Virus record (IMG/VR): IMGVR_UViG_3300021142_000013
Coordinates: 38,075-102,074 of that record
Strand: one strand, 5' to 3'
DNA: 64,000 nt
Origin: a virus
In this document: positions 27,139 through 36,342 of the stretch, piece after piece
How the letters are laid out: each line of letters begins with the position of its first letter
Numbering within the stretch: position 1 is the first letter of the stretch
Translations under genes and position numbers: made by a program
Notes under the pieces: generated by a model
Databases searched by the model: none
Seen by the model: only the letters and a program-made list of their open reading frames with translations
What the model was told of the DNA's origin: nothing

Positions 27139-27918
27139 ATGAATATTGCTCTTATATGTTGTACTTATAATCGTTATACTTGTTTAAAAAGAGCAATTAA
27201 ATGCTTTTTAGATCAAGAAATAGAAGATAACAAAGCAACATTATTAATATATAATAGTAGTAATATTCCAATTATATTAGGAGAATTTATAATTCCTTCA
27301 AATAAGAAGATAGTTATTGTAAATAATACAAAAGATGCTAAAACAGGAGAAGATTATACTTCAGTAGGTGCTAAATACAATGATGCGATTAATTATGCAA
27401 AAACATGGTTAGGAGATTTTGATTTATTTAATTCCTGGGATGATGATGATTTGCGATTGTCTTATTTTATACAAGATGGTATACAAGGAATAACTAAAGC
27501 ACATCTACAAGGAAAGAAAGCATTTAAACCCAAATATTCTTATTTTAAATATAATGGAAATATTGGATTAGCAAGTAATGTAATGGAACCTTCTATATTT
27601 GTTGATTTTCAGCATATTGTAGAGAATGGATTTCTAGAAAACTCTGTGAAATATCACGATGGATGGTTGTTACCTTTAGTTGAGAAGAATGAAATCTTAG
27701 TAGAAAATACAAGAAGTTCTTTTATATACGATTGGTCTGGAGAGATTCCTGTATATAAAATGAGTGGAAGAGGCGAAGATACTCAACAAAATTTTGTAAT
27801 GCATAAAAACAGCTCTGTTGATACAGGTAATAATGTACCAATACTTCCTATAACAGATGAAGAAATGCAGAGGTATTACAAAGAAATTGAATTTTTAGAA
27901 GTAAACCAAACAAATTAA
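27139..27918 (+). CDS. GT2-family glycosyltransferase
   Basis: CCTYNR..L.RAI..FL.Q N-terminus, G.KYN.A, WDDDD (DxD). Confidence 0.8.
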   Translation: MNIALICCTYNRYTCLKRAIKCFLDQEIEDNKATLLIYNSSNIPIILGEFIIPSNKKIVIVNNTKDAKTGEDYTSVGAKYNDAINYAKTWLGDFDLFNSWDDDDLRLSYFIQDGIQGITKAHLQGKKAFKPKYSYFKYNGNIGLASNVMEPSIFVDFQHIVENGFLENSVKYHDGWLLPLVEKNEILVENTRSSFIYDWSGEIPVYKMSGRGEDTQQNFVMHKNSSVDTGNNVPILPITDEEMQRYYKEIEFLEVNQTN

Positions 27919-27925
27919 ATATATA

Positions 27926-28951
27926 ATGAAACCAATTTTTTTAACGATTGTTCCCGATGATAATACTTTCGTCTGGGAATTAGAAGTACATCTGCAAAAT
28001 ATTTTAAATAAAGGTTATGATAATACAGTACATTGCCTTATATTTAGACCTATTATTAGAAGTACTTGGAATCCAAATATTCTTAAATTAGAAGAAAAAT
28101 TTAAAAATACAAATATTAAGTTTTTTTATTATGAAGGAGATGCTAAATTACAACAAGATACTTCGTTAATAGATTATATACCTCTATTAAGAATTTATAG
28201 TTTAATAAAGCATTTTGAAAAATATCCTGAGTTATCTAAAGAATCTATTTATTATAATGATAGCGATACTTTATGGGTAAAAAAATTGGATTTCTCTAGA
28301 TTTACAAACGATGATATTTGTTATCTTTCAGATACTTCCAGTTATTTAAATTTACAATATTTAGACAATAAAATAAACGATTGTTTACCAGAAAAGAAAC
28401 AAGAATTAATAGATTTTAAATCTGTAGATAAACTTTTTCAACTTTGTGGTATTTCTCGTGAAATTGTAGAAAATAATAACTTAGGTACAGGTGGAGCGCA
28501 GTATTTATTAAAACCAGGATTAACTAAAGAGTTTTGGGAAAGTGTATATAAAGATTGTATTGTTATTCGTTCTTTTTTAAAAATAGTTAATAAACAATTT
28601 TTTAAAGACGAGAATAATGGATATCAGTCTTATTGTTCTGATATGTGGTCCTTATTATGGAATTTATGGAAATTCGGTTATAAGACAGAATGTCCTGAAG
28701 AAATGAATTTTGCATGGGCTCCAGATAAAATATCTAAGTTAAAACAAGTTTATATATATCATAATGCAGGAGTATCCGCAAATACCATGCTGATAGAAGG
28801 AATCCCAACAAAACTATTTAATAAAATCAAATATCGTAATAATATAACTTCACCACATAAAAACGTAGCAGATATAGTAGATGTTTCACAGAACTATTGT
28901 AGTTATTTTTATGTAATGAATCTTATTAATATACAAAATCCCGTATTCTAA
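27926..28951 (+). CDS. GT-A glycosyltransferase resembling peptidyl-serine galactosyl/hydroxyproline arabinosyltransferases
   Basis: F.WE.EV, Y.P..R...L..HF, YYNDSD (DxD), GGAQY, DMWSLLW..W, IYHNAG motifs. Confidence 0.6.
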   Translation: MKPIFLTIVPDDNTFVWELEVHLQNILNKGYDNTVHCLIFRPIIRSTWNPNILKLEEKFKNTNIKFFYYEGDAKLQQDTSLIDYIPLLRIYSLIKHFEKYPELSKESIYYNDSDTLWVKKLDFSRFTNDDICYLSDTSSYLNLQYLDNKINDCLPEKKQELIDFKSVDKLFQLCGISREIVENNNLGTGGAQYLLKPGLTKEFWESVYKDCIVIRSFLKIVNKQFFKDENNGYQSYCSDMWSLLWNLWKFGYKTECPEEMNFAWAPDKISKLKQVYIYHNAGVSANTMLIEGIPTKLFNKIKYRNNITSPHKNVADIVDVSQNYCSYFYVMNLINIQNPVF

Positions 28952-29136
28952 TGAGAAATATACCAAGCGTAGCAGAACAACATATCCGAGAGGATATTGG
29001 TAATATAAAAAATACAGATCATAAAGTCAAATGTTTTCATCAACTTGACTTATATCTTGCAGCAGACCTGCAGTTTTTAGACTTATCTAGTGATTTACAA
29101 GAAATCATACTGTCTCATATATTTGAGCAGGAATAA
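28951..29136 (+). CDS. Hypothetical protein
   Basis: 61-aa ORF coupled (TAATG) to the upstream gene. Confidence 0.5.
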   Translation: MRNIPSVAEQHIREDIGNIKNTDHKVKCFHQLDLYLAADLQFLDLSSDLQEIILSHIFEQE

Positions 29137-29165
29137 TGTATTTTTAACCTTAAAATAGAATTAAA

Positions 29166-29672
29166 ATGGCTTTTACAAACAAAAGAAATCCTCGTCTAAG
29201 ATTGTTCCAGAAATACGATAAAAACAATCAGGCAATACCTAGTTCAAGTGTATTGCGTTATCACATTCCTAAAGATGGTAAATGGAAAGATATTTCTATT
29301 TATAACGATCTTTGTTGCATAACAACAGAAGATTGTGGTGGTAATATTTATGTTGTATTTGAAAATGCTAGTACAAATGGTCAGACCATTACTGGTATAA
29401 GTTTTCCAGATTTTACTCCTACTATAACTCCTATTGCGTTAGGTGGTCTTTATGTAGTAGCCGTTCCTAAATCTACAACTAGTGTAACTATAACAGTAAA
29501 CCCTAATGGACATACTATAGCTGCTGCTAGTAGTGCTACATCAGTAGGTACTGGTACTGCGTCACCTGCTTGTCAGGCTGCTGGTGCAGGTAATCAGTAT
29601 ACATTCACCCTTGCAGGAAACGCTTGTGATACATTTTTAATACAATTACTTAATGTAACTACTTGTTCATAA
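29166..29672 (+). CDS. Putative structural/decoration protein
   Basis: Basic N-terminal motif (KYD.....IPSS.VLR...PK.GKW..I...CC) followed by a Thr/Ala-rich beta domain. Confidence 0.5.
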   Translation: MAFTNKRNPRLRLFQKYDKNNQAIPSSSVLRYHIPKDGKWKDISIYNDLCCITTEDCGGNIYVVFENASTNGQTITGISFPDFTPTITPIALGGLYVVAVPKSTTSVTITVNPNGHTIAAASSATSVGTGTASPACQAAGAGNQYTFTLAGNACDTFLIQLLNVTTCS

Positions 29673-29872
29673 TGAAAAATAATAATATTTTGGAACTATC
29701 ACAACAGCCAGACGACTTGCGAACAGGAACTACTATATTATTAGTGTCATTACTATCTGATTTGATTCATTATATAACAGAATCAAATATAACCTTTTTT
29801 CTATCTTCAACGGTAGCAATAATGGCTATAATATATTATTTTGTTATGATAAGAAAGAATTGGAAAAAATAA
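29672..29872 (+). CDS. Putative holin-like membrane protein
   Basis: Two hydrophobic segments and basic C-terminus (IRKNWKK); likely start ATG 29672. Confidence 0.5.
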   Translation: MKNNNILELSQQPDDLRTGTTILLVSLLSDLIHYITESNITFFLSSTVAIMAIIYYFVMIRKNWKK

Positions 29873-29891
29873 TGAATTAAAAACCAAAAAT

Positions 29892-30551
29892 ATGAATTTT
29901 ATCAAAGAATATTGGGCTAGTATGTTGTTATATCTAGCCCTTCTTTTACTTTTTGTGATTTCAATAGAAGTAAAAACATGTAAAACATACATTAAACCTG
30001 TATCTTTACAATTACAAGCTCCTATAAAGCAGTTTAAAGACCCTTCAGGTGCTCAACATTCAATTGTAAACTTGCAAGAGACTACAAGTATGCAAAATAT
30101 AATAGATTCGCTTAAATTAGCTCTAAAAGCTAAAAAAGTGCAAACTGTTATAAGAACTGTTGTACAAATAGATACTGTATTTCAAAATTTACCTGTTTAC
30201 ATAGATACTACTACAGGTGAAATTAGCACAGATAAACATGATGATTATATAGATATAACGGTCGCAATAAATCTAAAAAACAAAATGTCTAGTATAGGAC
30301 TTGTTTCAATAGATACTTTAACGCAAGTTATAGAAAAGAAAAAACACTGGTTTAAAGCCAATGAATTATTTATAGAAAATATTAACAAGAATCCTTACAA
30401 TCATATTGTAGCAGGAAACGCTATAACTCTAAAAGAACCTAAAGTATTATTTACAGTAGGACCTGCTCTAATCTATAATCCTTTTACAAGTAGAGTAGAT
30501 CTTGGTATAGGAATTACGTATAATTTATTTTCAATAAAAGCCAAAAAATGA
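29892..30551 (+). CDS. Membrane-anchored protein, possible spanin-like lysis accessory
   Basis: N-terminal TM helix, coiled segment, C-terminal beta hairpin (VGP....DLGIGITYNLF). Confidence 0.5.
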   Translation: MNFIKEYWASMLLYLALLLLFVISIEVKTCKTYIKPVSLQLQAPIKQFKDPSGAQHSIVNLQETTSMQNIIDSLKLALKAKKVQTVIRTVVQIDTVFQNLPVYIDTTTGEISTDKHDDYIDITVAINLKNKMSSIGLVSIDTLTQVIEKKKHWFKANELFIENINKNPYNHIVAGNAITLKEPKVLFTVGPALIYNPFTSRVDLGIGITYNLFSIKAKK

Positions 30552-30835
30552 AAATAAAGTCAAATATTGCCAGTATGCTTACTGACAATTCATATCTTTA
30601 TCTTGAATTTATTAAATGTGTTTGTGTTTATTCTGATCCAGGCGCAGATTTAGAAATAAATAAAAAAGAAGATTTTATAGGAATAACTATAAAACCATCT
30701 GATCCTATTTTTAAACAAGATATTATAAGAAATGTACTTGGGCTACATCATCTACTAGGAATCAAAATAGTATTCAGTAGTTCATTAGCAATACAGAAAA
30801 ATATATTTTTTACAGTAAATTTGGTAAATTCGTAA
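30548..30835 (+). CDS. Hypothetical protein
   Basis: 95-aa ORF with ATGA overlap. Confidence 0.6.
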   Translation: MKIKSNIASMLTDNSYLYLEFIKCVCVYSDPGADLEINKKEDFIGITIKPSDPIFKQDIIRNVLGLHHLLGIKIVFSSSLAIQKNIFFTVNLVNS

Positions 30836-30851
30836 ATTTGTTGTACATTTG
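30820..30851 (+). promoter_or_regulatory. Bacteroidetes sigmaA-type promoter
   Basis: TTTG, 20 nt, TACATTTG, 15 nt before ATG 30867. Confidence 0.75.
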
Positions 30852-30866
30852 TAGAAATTAATAAAT

Positions 30867-31124
30867 ATGCCAGAAGATAAACCAAAATTTGTACCAGGTA
30901 CTAAGTATACTTGGGAACCTACTGCTCAAATAGTAATGACTGGAGCAGAATTCAATATCCTTTATAATCATTTAAAGCAAATTATGCAAGGACAAACTAA
31001 TCAAATTCAAATGGCTCTTATGATAGCTGATATATTTGGATTAGGTCAGTTTATATTAGAGCGTAACATTGAAAATGGTATTATTATACCAGAAACACAA
31101 CCAGAAGTAGTACAAGAAAGTTAA
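30867..31124 (+). CDS. Small hypothetical protein, paralog of 40112..40381
   Basis: WEPTAQIVMTG versus WEDNAKIEVTG; ILERNIENGII versus IFATNLNSGLI. Confidence 0.7.
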   Translation: MPEDKPKFVPGTKYTWEPTAQIVMTGAEFNILYNHLKQIMQGQTNQIQMALMIADIFGLGQFILERNIENGIIIPETQPEVVQES

Positions 31125-31149
31125 TCACCTTCGCTGCATCATAAAAATT

Positions 31150-31176
31150 AAGCCCTGTTTCTACAGGGCTTTTTTA
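31150..31176 (+). terminator. Intrinsic terminator at the convergence of the + and - strand gene blocks
   Basis: AAGCCCTGT-ttct-ACAGGGCTT followed by a T run; A-rich on the upstream side. Confidence 0.85.
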
Positions 31177-31201
31177 TTTTTCACAATTAAACAAGAAGTA
31201 T

Positions 31202-31528
31202 TTATACAGATTCTCCTATATGGATATCTGTTTCAATGTTCTTTTTAGGTTTTCCTGTCTTGAAAATATCAAGAAAACGAGAAGTATCTTCTGCATCTAA
31301 ATGAATTTCTGAACATACCTGCACTTTACGTTTTTCCAAACGTACTGCTTGAGCTTTATTAGTTTTCATTGGTACAGGAATTTCACGAATATCTTCATGA
31401 AAATCATCAAGAAGTATTACAGATTCTCCTTTTTCTAAACCAAATAGACGAATTACGTAATCTAAATTAAAAGCATCCGTAAAGACTTCATCTCCTTCTT
31501 TACGATTGTACACAAACAAATTAGGCAT
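31202..31528 (-). CDS. Hypothetical protein
   Basis: 108-aa ORF, last gene of the - strand block. Confidence 0.65.
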   Translation of the reverse strand: MPNLFVYNRKEGDEVFTDAFNLDYVIRLFGLEKGESVILLDDFHEDIREIPVPMKTNKAQAVRLEKRKVQVCSEIHLDAEDTSRFLDIFKTGKPKKNIETDIHIGESV

Positions 31529-31727
31529 TTAGATCTTTTTTAACGTTAGAAATTGTTGCTTTAATGTCTGCAACGTGATTGTTCAAATTTGTATCCAAAT
31601 TATCTACTTTAGTAGTAGTCGCATCAATTTTAGCTGCTATCTTCTGAGATAATTTACCGTTCTTATAAACCATTACAAGAATCCAAAATAAAGATGTAGC
31701 CAACGCTACAATAACATTTGTTACCAT
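31521..31727 (-). CDS. Small membrane protein with coiled coil
   Basis: N-terminal TM helix followed by a heptad-like segment. Confidence 0.6.
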   Translation of the reverse strand: MVTNVIVALATSLFWILVMVYKNGKLSQKIAAKIDATTTKVDNLDTNLNNHVADIKATISNVKKDLNA

Positions 31728-31745
31728 GAGTTTAATTAATTTTTA

Positions 31746-31777
31746 CAAATTTACAAATAAAATTTCATTTTACCAAA
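31746..31777 (-). promoter_or_regulatory. Bacteroidetes sigmaA-type promoter
   Basis: Minus strand TTTG, 20 nt, TAAATTTG upstream of ATG 31727. Confidence 0.75.
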
Positions 31778-31778
31778 T

Positions 31779-32114
31779 TTAATCACAGATATATTCTTCT
31801 TCCATATCTTCCCACGGTTCTTTAGTTACTAAGTAACCCATTCTATTTATCCAATGATATCCTGTTACAATATACATATTTCCATCATCTCCATCTAATA
31901 TAGTCCATACATTATTAGGAAAGACTTTTGCTTTTTCTAATACATATTTACCTTCTTCGCCAAAAGTTTCATACATTCCTCCTTCAAAAGGTGCTATATC
32001 TTGAAAATTTTTGATATCTTTTTTATCTTTTGCATACTTCTTTACAAGGATTTGATTAGGTTCTACTGTATATTTCTTAAAGAATATATCATCTGAAGGA
32101 ACTTTTCTATTCAT
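31779..32114 (-). CDS. Conserved phage hypothetical protein
   Basis: YETFGEE..YV...VWTILDGD...G.HW.NR.GY.VT..PW motif. Confidence 0.65.
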   Translation of the reverse strand: MNRKVPSDDIFFKKYTVEPNQILVKKYAKDKKDIKNFQDIAPFEGGMYETFGEEGKYVLEKAKVFPNNVWTILDGDDGNMYIVTGYHWINRMGYLVTKEPWEDMEEEYICD

Positions 32115-32331
32115 TTTCTAATTCTTTTAATATATTTAACAATTCGGCAGAATTCAACTTACATATTTCACAAGGAATAAGAAAATTTATTAAATATTGC
32201 TCATCTTCAAAGGAAATTCCACATTTTACTTCACCTTCTGCATTATTCCTCCAAAAATGATATTTAATTGCTACTAAAATCCTCATTTTAACGTTCTCGT
32301 ACAATCTATTTAACTCGATACTATTCTTCAC
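32107..32331 (-). CDS. Hypothetical protein
   Basis: 74-aa ORF in the coupled gene string. Confidence 0.55.
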   Translation of the reverse strand: MKNSIELNRLYENVKMRILVAIKYHFWRNNAEGEVKCGISFEDEQYLINFLIPCEICKLNSAELLNILKELENE

Positions 32332-32764
32332 GATATTTCCATTTAAAAGTAAAACAATCTTGATCTGCGTCTTTAGATTTTTTATAGTTATTGATATAAC
32401 TTTGAATATTAGTAGCTCCCATTGGATTAAATGAGTGTACTGCTATTTTTGTATCCTTTAAGGAAATATTATTTTCTTCACAAAATACACATAACCATTT
32501 AGCACAATCCATGCCTGTTTTCTCTTTAAACTTAGAATACATTATAGGAGAACCTAAAGGCTTCATTTGGTAATCTGTATAGTGCTCTGTCGAGAGATCG
32601 TGATCTAGCGATAATAATTTAGGTAATTCTTTATGATTACCGTAGAAAGTAGTTATAAATTCTACAAATTCGTTGTAACTTCTAACTGTATACCATTCAT
32701 CTATATATCGTGGTTTTTCATCTATAATTCGCACATCATCTAAAAATAATCCGATTCTATTCAT
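32321..32764 (-). CDS. Cyclic-phosphate-processing receiver-like domain protein
   Basis: LFLDD.R, VRSY.EF, SLDHDL, KTG.DCAKWL, VHS.NP.G motifs. Confidence 0.75.
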   Translation of the reverse strand: MNRIGLFLDDVRIIDEKPRYIDEWYTVRSYNEFVEFITTFYGNHKELPKLLSLDHDLSTEHYTDYQMKPLGSPIMYSKFKEKTGMDCAKWLCVFCEENNISLKDTKIAVHSFNPMGATNIQSYINNYKKSKDADQDCFTFKWKYREE

Positions 32765-33020
32765 TTACAACCTCCAATTTAATACAGTCTTCTTCTATAG
32801 TTATGTTTTTAACTATATTTCCTTTTAATTCTTTGCCAAAACCTCCTAAATCTTCTCCTTTTCTTATCCAAGGACCTCCTGAAGGATCTATTCCTACAAT
32901 TTTATCATTATCATTGGTAGTTACTTGCAAAAAGTCTAATAAATAACCTCTCATAATAACAAAACTGCCTTCCTTTTCAAAAGTAATTTTATCTTTATAT
33001 CTATTTATATATGTTACCAT
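32757..33020 (-). CDS. Hypothetical protein
   Basis: NRY.D...F and IDPSGGP.I..G motif typical of small phage proteins. Confidence 0.6.
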   Translation of the reverse strand: MVTYINRYKDKITFEKEGSFVIMRGYLLDFLQVTTNDNDKIVGIDPSGGPWIRKGEDLGGFGKELKGNIVKNITIEEDCIKLEVVNE

Positions 33021-33079
33021 AATGTATATTTTTCTTTTGCTCTAAACTATAAAAGGTAATAAATTTATTCTACGTTCAC

Positions 33080-33658
33080 TTATAATTGTATTATTTTTGT
33101 TATAGGATGAATTTCCCAAACGGTATGTCGCCAAAGATTACCTTTGCCATTATCTATAGTAGAGTTAGCTTTATGTTCATCATCTCTAAATAGATATCCA
33201 CATACTCGTACATGTTTCCCTACTAGTTTCTTTAAATCATTTGTTGTTCCTAGTATAGATTTAAATCTAGGAGTTGCTTCTACTATTATTGCGTTTGCTT
33301 TATTAGTTTCATTAGAATCTTTTACTATATAAATATGCGTATCTTTATATATAGAACTATGGCAATTACAACTTTCTAAACCACCATCCTGTATTTCAAG
33401 TATATATCCATCTAAATATACAGAAGTATCCCAAGTCATATTATTAGTAACAGTAAGAGAAGCCATATCATCAAACTTTATCTCTGTATACCTATAATTA
33501 CTTATAGTAGAGCTTCTATTTTTGCAGGAATCTACAAATTTATGATGATTTGCTGCAACAGTATTGCCTTTAGTGTCTCCATATATAGAACAAGTATTCC
33601 CTGTTTGAGAGAATACTTGATTACTACATAATAGAATTAATATTATTAATTTTTTCAT
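33080..33658 (-). CDS. Exported OB-fold-like protein
   Basis: Signal peptide (MKKLIILILLCSNQVFS|Q); ESCNC, DTHI, IVEATPR, V.V.GYLF.D.EH, R.TVWEIHP. Confidence 0.55.
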   Translation of the reverse strand: MKKLIILILLCSNQVFSQTGNTCSIYGDTKGNTVAANHHKFVDSCKNRSSTISNYRYTEIKFDDMASLTVTNNMTWDTSVYLDGYILEIQDGGLESCNCHSSIYKDTHIYIVKDSNETNKANAIIVEATPRFKSILGTTNDLKKLVGKHVRVCGYLFRDDEHKANSTIDNGKGNLWRHTVWEIHPITKIIQL

Positions 33659-33970
33659 TTATTTAGATTTTTCTATGATATTCCAAATATAATATTTATT
33701 ATCTAATTTATTGTAAAACATATCATAGTAGGATATTATATATGAAATATCATATCCTACTGTTTTATAAACCATATATCCTTGTATAGCTAGTACTAAA
33801 TGTGTATTAAACACGGTATCTTTCTCAGATACCATGAACCAGCATTTAATTGTATCTAGTTTTATACAAGTACGAATACTATAAATAGTATCTGTTGAAA
33901 ATATTTTAGAAGGTTGCGCAAAACAAGTATTACATATTAATACTAATATTAATGTATATATTATTTTCAT
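33659..33970 (-). CDS. Exported hypothetical protein
   Basis: Signal peptide MKIIYTLILVLICNTCFA|Q. Confidence 0.55.
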   Translation of the reverse strand: MKIIYTLILVLICNTCFAQPSKIFSTDTIYSIRTCIKLDTIKCWFMVSEKDTVFNTHLVLAIQGYMVYKTVGYDISYIISYYDMFYNKLDNKYYIWNIIEKSK

Positions 33971-34773
33971 AAAAATCTATCTTTAAAATCATTAAAATCC
34001 TTTATTCTCTTATATCCTGCAGAAACATGTTGATTATGTTTTGCATCCATAAGAAAACAGCATATACCAGCTTCATTAAGCTCATTAAAGTTCATTTCTC
34101 TATCGTCTATAAACCAATCTATATCTAGACTTTTTATAATATCTACTTTAGATTCTAGATGTTTTACTGTATAAACTGGAACACACGGAAATCCATTTTT
34201 TTGAATCCATTCTTCAGTCCAAGAAGTAGGAATCATACGAGAGGTTATATAGGCTACTGGCTCTAAAGGTAAATCTTTAGCGTCTAATTTTGGAGGAATA
34301 GATAACCAAAATTCCTTATTATCTTTTAATATTTCAAATTTTGATGCTATATCCATATCAAAATTCCAGAATGAAGGCAGATCTTGTTTATGATATCTAG
34401 TCCAATGTCCTATCCAATCTGCTATGACTTCATCAATATCTAGAGCTATTCTAGGTTGTTTCTTATTTACATATAATCTGTTATCCAATTCTGGACAACT
34501 TTTATAATATTCTAACAAAAACATAGCGTTTGTTATCAAATGAGATAAGTGTAATAATCCACTCTCTGAATCATAATCTACGCCCTTTTCATACTCATTA
34601 AGATGTCTTTTTAAAGAACCTATGCACTTTCTCCATTTCATTCCTGACATCCAGTCATTTTCATTATATTTAGCACAACCAAAAGTTAAAACCTTTCCAA
34701 CTTCCTCTAGTAATACTGGAGGAACTAAGTCTAATCGATTCTTATTTTGATCATACCTCTTTGCTTGATTCAT
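33967..34773 (-). CDS. dATP/dGTP diphosphohydrolase-like domain fused to HAD-type 5'(3')-deoxynucleotidase
   Basis: RYD..K.RLDLVP...VL.FG..KY..NDW..G.....S..RH...D.ESGL.HL.H..N; C-terminal ALDIDEV...YITSR...K...FIDD. Likely start MNQAK at 34773. Confidence 0.8.
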   Translation of the reverse strand: MNQAKRYDQNKNRLDLVPPVLLEEVGKVLTFGCAKYNENDWMSGMKWRKCIGSLKRHLNEYEKGVDYDSESGLLHLSHLITNAMFLLEYYKSCPELDNRLYVNKKQPRIALDIDEVIADWIGHWTRYHKQDLPSFWNFDMDIASKFEILKDNKEFWLSIPPKLDAKDLPLEPVAYITSRMIPTSWTEEWIQKNGFPCVPVYTVKHLESKVDIIKSLDIDWFIDDREMNFNELNEAGICCFLMDAKHNQHVSAGYKRIKDFNDFKDRFL

Positions 34774-35776
34774 ATATTTTCCAATTATAATCCATATAGT
34801 ATTTTCTACTTCCATTAAGTATTCTTAATATATACTTTTCTTTGTATTCTATATTTTCCTTTGTTATTTGCTTTATATTATCCCATAACCTAATAACCTG
34901 TCCACTTTTATCTATTTGTTCTATTTTACAAAATTGATAAGTCGTTTTTAATACACATTTTTTAGGAAATTGTTCATATCTAGTTATTATGAAATTTTTT
35001 ATCCTATTACGTTTATTAGTATAACACATTCTTATTTCTGCATCTTGACAATTTAGAAAATCAGTAGCATCTTTTATTAAAACTCCCGACTTTATTAATG
35101 TATATTCTAATGTATATATATCTACTTTAACCCTTTCTGTTCTCTTTTTAATATATAATAAATCAGATTCTGTAAGAACATCATTATAATATAATATAAC
35201 ATATTCATTATACACTAATTTTCTTTTATTTAGTATATTTGATATATGTGGTCTAGACAAATGTGTATCTTCCGATAATAATTTACAAGAGGGATATTCT
35301 TTTATTAATTCTCCATTAAGATTATATAATGTAACTGCTTTATTTAAGCCTATTTCTTCACTATCATGCCCACTAACTCTAAAAGCTTTTTCTTTCTTTC
35401 TTTCAGAAGTTTCTTTTAAATGCGATTCTGATATTTTATATTTAAATTTATACTCTTTTACTGAAGCTATGTTATATCCAAATTTTTTATCATTTGAATT
35501 AAATATTTTTATAAATTCCGCTTCGTATTTTTCACATTCATTAGATGGGCATAATAGTAAAATTTCAAAACTAAAGTTTTCTTCACCGTATTTATTCCAA
35601 GCATTTTGTAAATGTTCGTTATAATGAGTGTTATTAGTAAGGTGTGACAAATGACTTCTTTTTCTATGTCCTACTCCTACTTTAGAGCTACCAATATAAA
35701 GTTTACTATTGATTAAATTTTTAATACAATATATTCCTGATTTTTCTGAATTTCCTTTGTAATTTACAAGTTTCAT
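34751..35776 (-). mobile_element. Free-standing GIY-YIG homing endonuclease with NUMOD-type C-terminal repeats
   Basis: SGIYCI.N..N.K.YIGSS, H.N.HLQNAWNKYG, GYN; repeated V..Y.L.G..I..Y.S modules; has its own promoter. Confidence 0.85.
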
Positions 35777-35797
35777 ATTTAATAAAAAAGGTACTTA

Positions 35798-35829
35798 CAA
35801 ATATACATAATATAATTAAAAATACCAAA
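35798..35829 (-). promoter_or_regulatory. Bacteroidetes sigmaA-type promoter for the GIY-YIG gene
   Basis: Minus strand TTTG, 20 nt, TATATTTG. Confidence 0.75.
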
Positions 35830-35867
35830 TTTATTTTATATTTTATTATTTATTGTATCGCAAAGCT

Positions 35868-36071
35868 TTATTTTCTTCCATATTCTTTTTCTATTAGTGC
35901 TCGAATTCTTTCTCCTGCTACAGTATCATTACCTTCTTCTTTTAATATCTTTTTTATGCGATTAACTACATTAATATTTAATTCATTTTCTCGCATAAAT
36001 TCCATAAAATCATTCTTTTTTGTTTTTATTCCTTCAGAAGTGAATTCAAAAGGTTTTTCTTTATCTTCCAT
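35868..36071 (-). CDS. Hypothetical protein
   Basis: 67-aa ORF. Confidence 0.55.
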   Translation of the reverse strand: MEDKEKPFEFTSEGIKTKKNDFMEFMRENELNINVVNRIKKILKEEGNDTVAGERIRALIEKEYGRK

Positions 36072-36072
36072 A

Positions 36073-36342
36073 TTAATGATTTTCTAATATATTAAAACAT
36101 TCATCAATTGCTAATTCTGTAGCTTCTTGACGACTTTTTGCGAAATCTAAAAATATACCATTTATCTCTATTATCCAATCAATACCATCTTTATCAACTG
36201 TAATACCTATTAATAGTTTTTCATTGTCTAAAAAATTAATGAAATCAGAATAATTTGTAATTATACCTTTTTGTTTATCTTTAAACCAATTGAAAAAGGT
36301 ATCATATATATTGGGATATTTTTCTCGTAATTGTTCTATCAT
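36073..36342 (-). CDS. Hypothetical protein
   Basis: 89-aa ORF coupled to recA. Confidence 0.6.
   Translation of the reverse strand: MIEQLREKYPNIYDTFFNWFKDKQKGIITNYSDFINFLDNEKLLIGITVDKDGIDWIIEINGIFLDFAKSRQEATELAIDECFNILENH

Noticed and set aside
34751-35776. GIY-YIG gene as an intron-encoded ORF
   Set aside because: No group I core elements flank it, neither neighbouring gene is split, and it has its own promoter.
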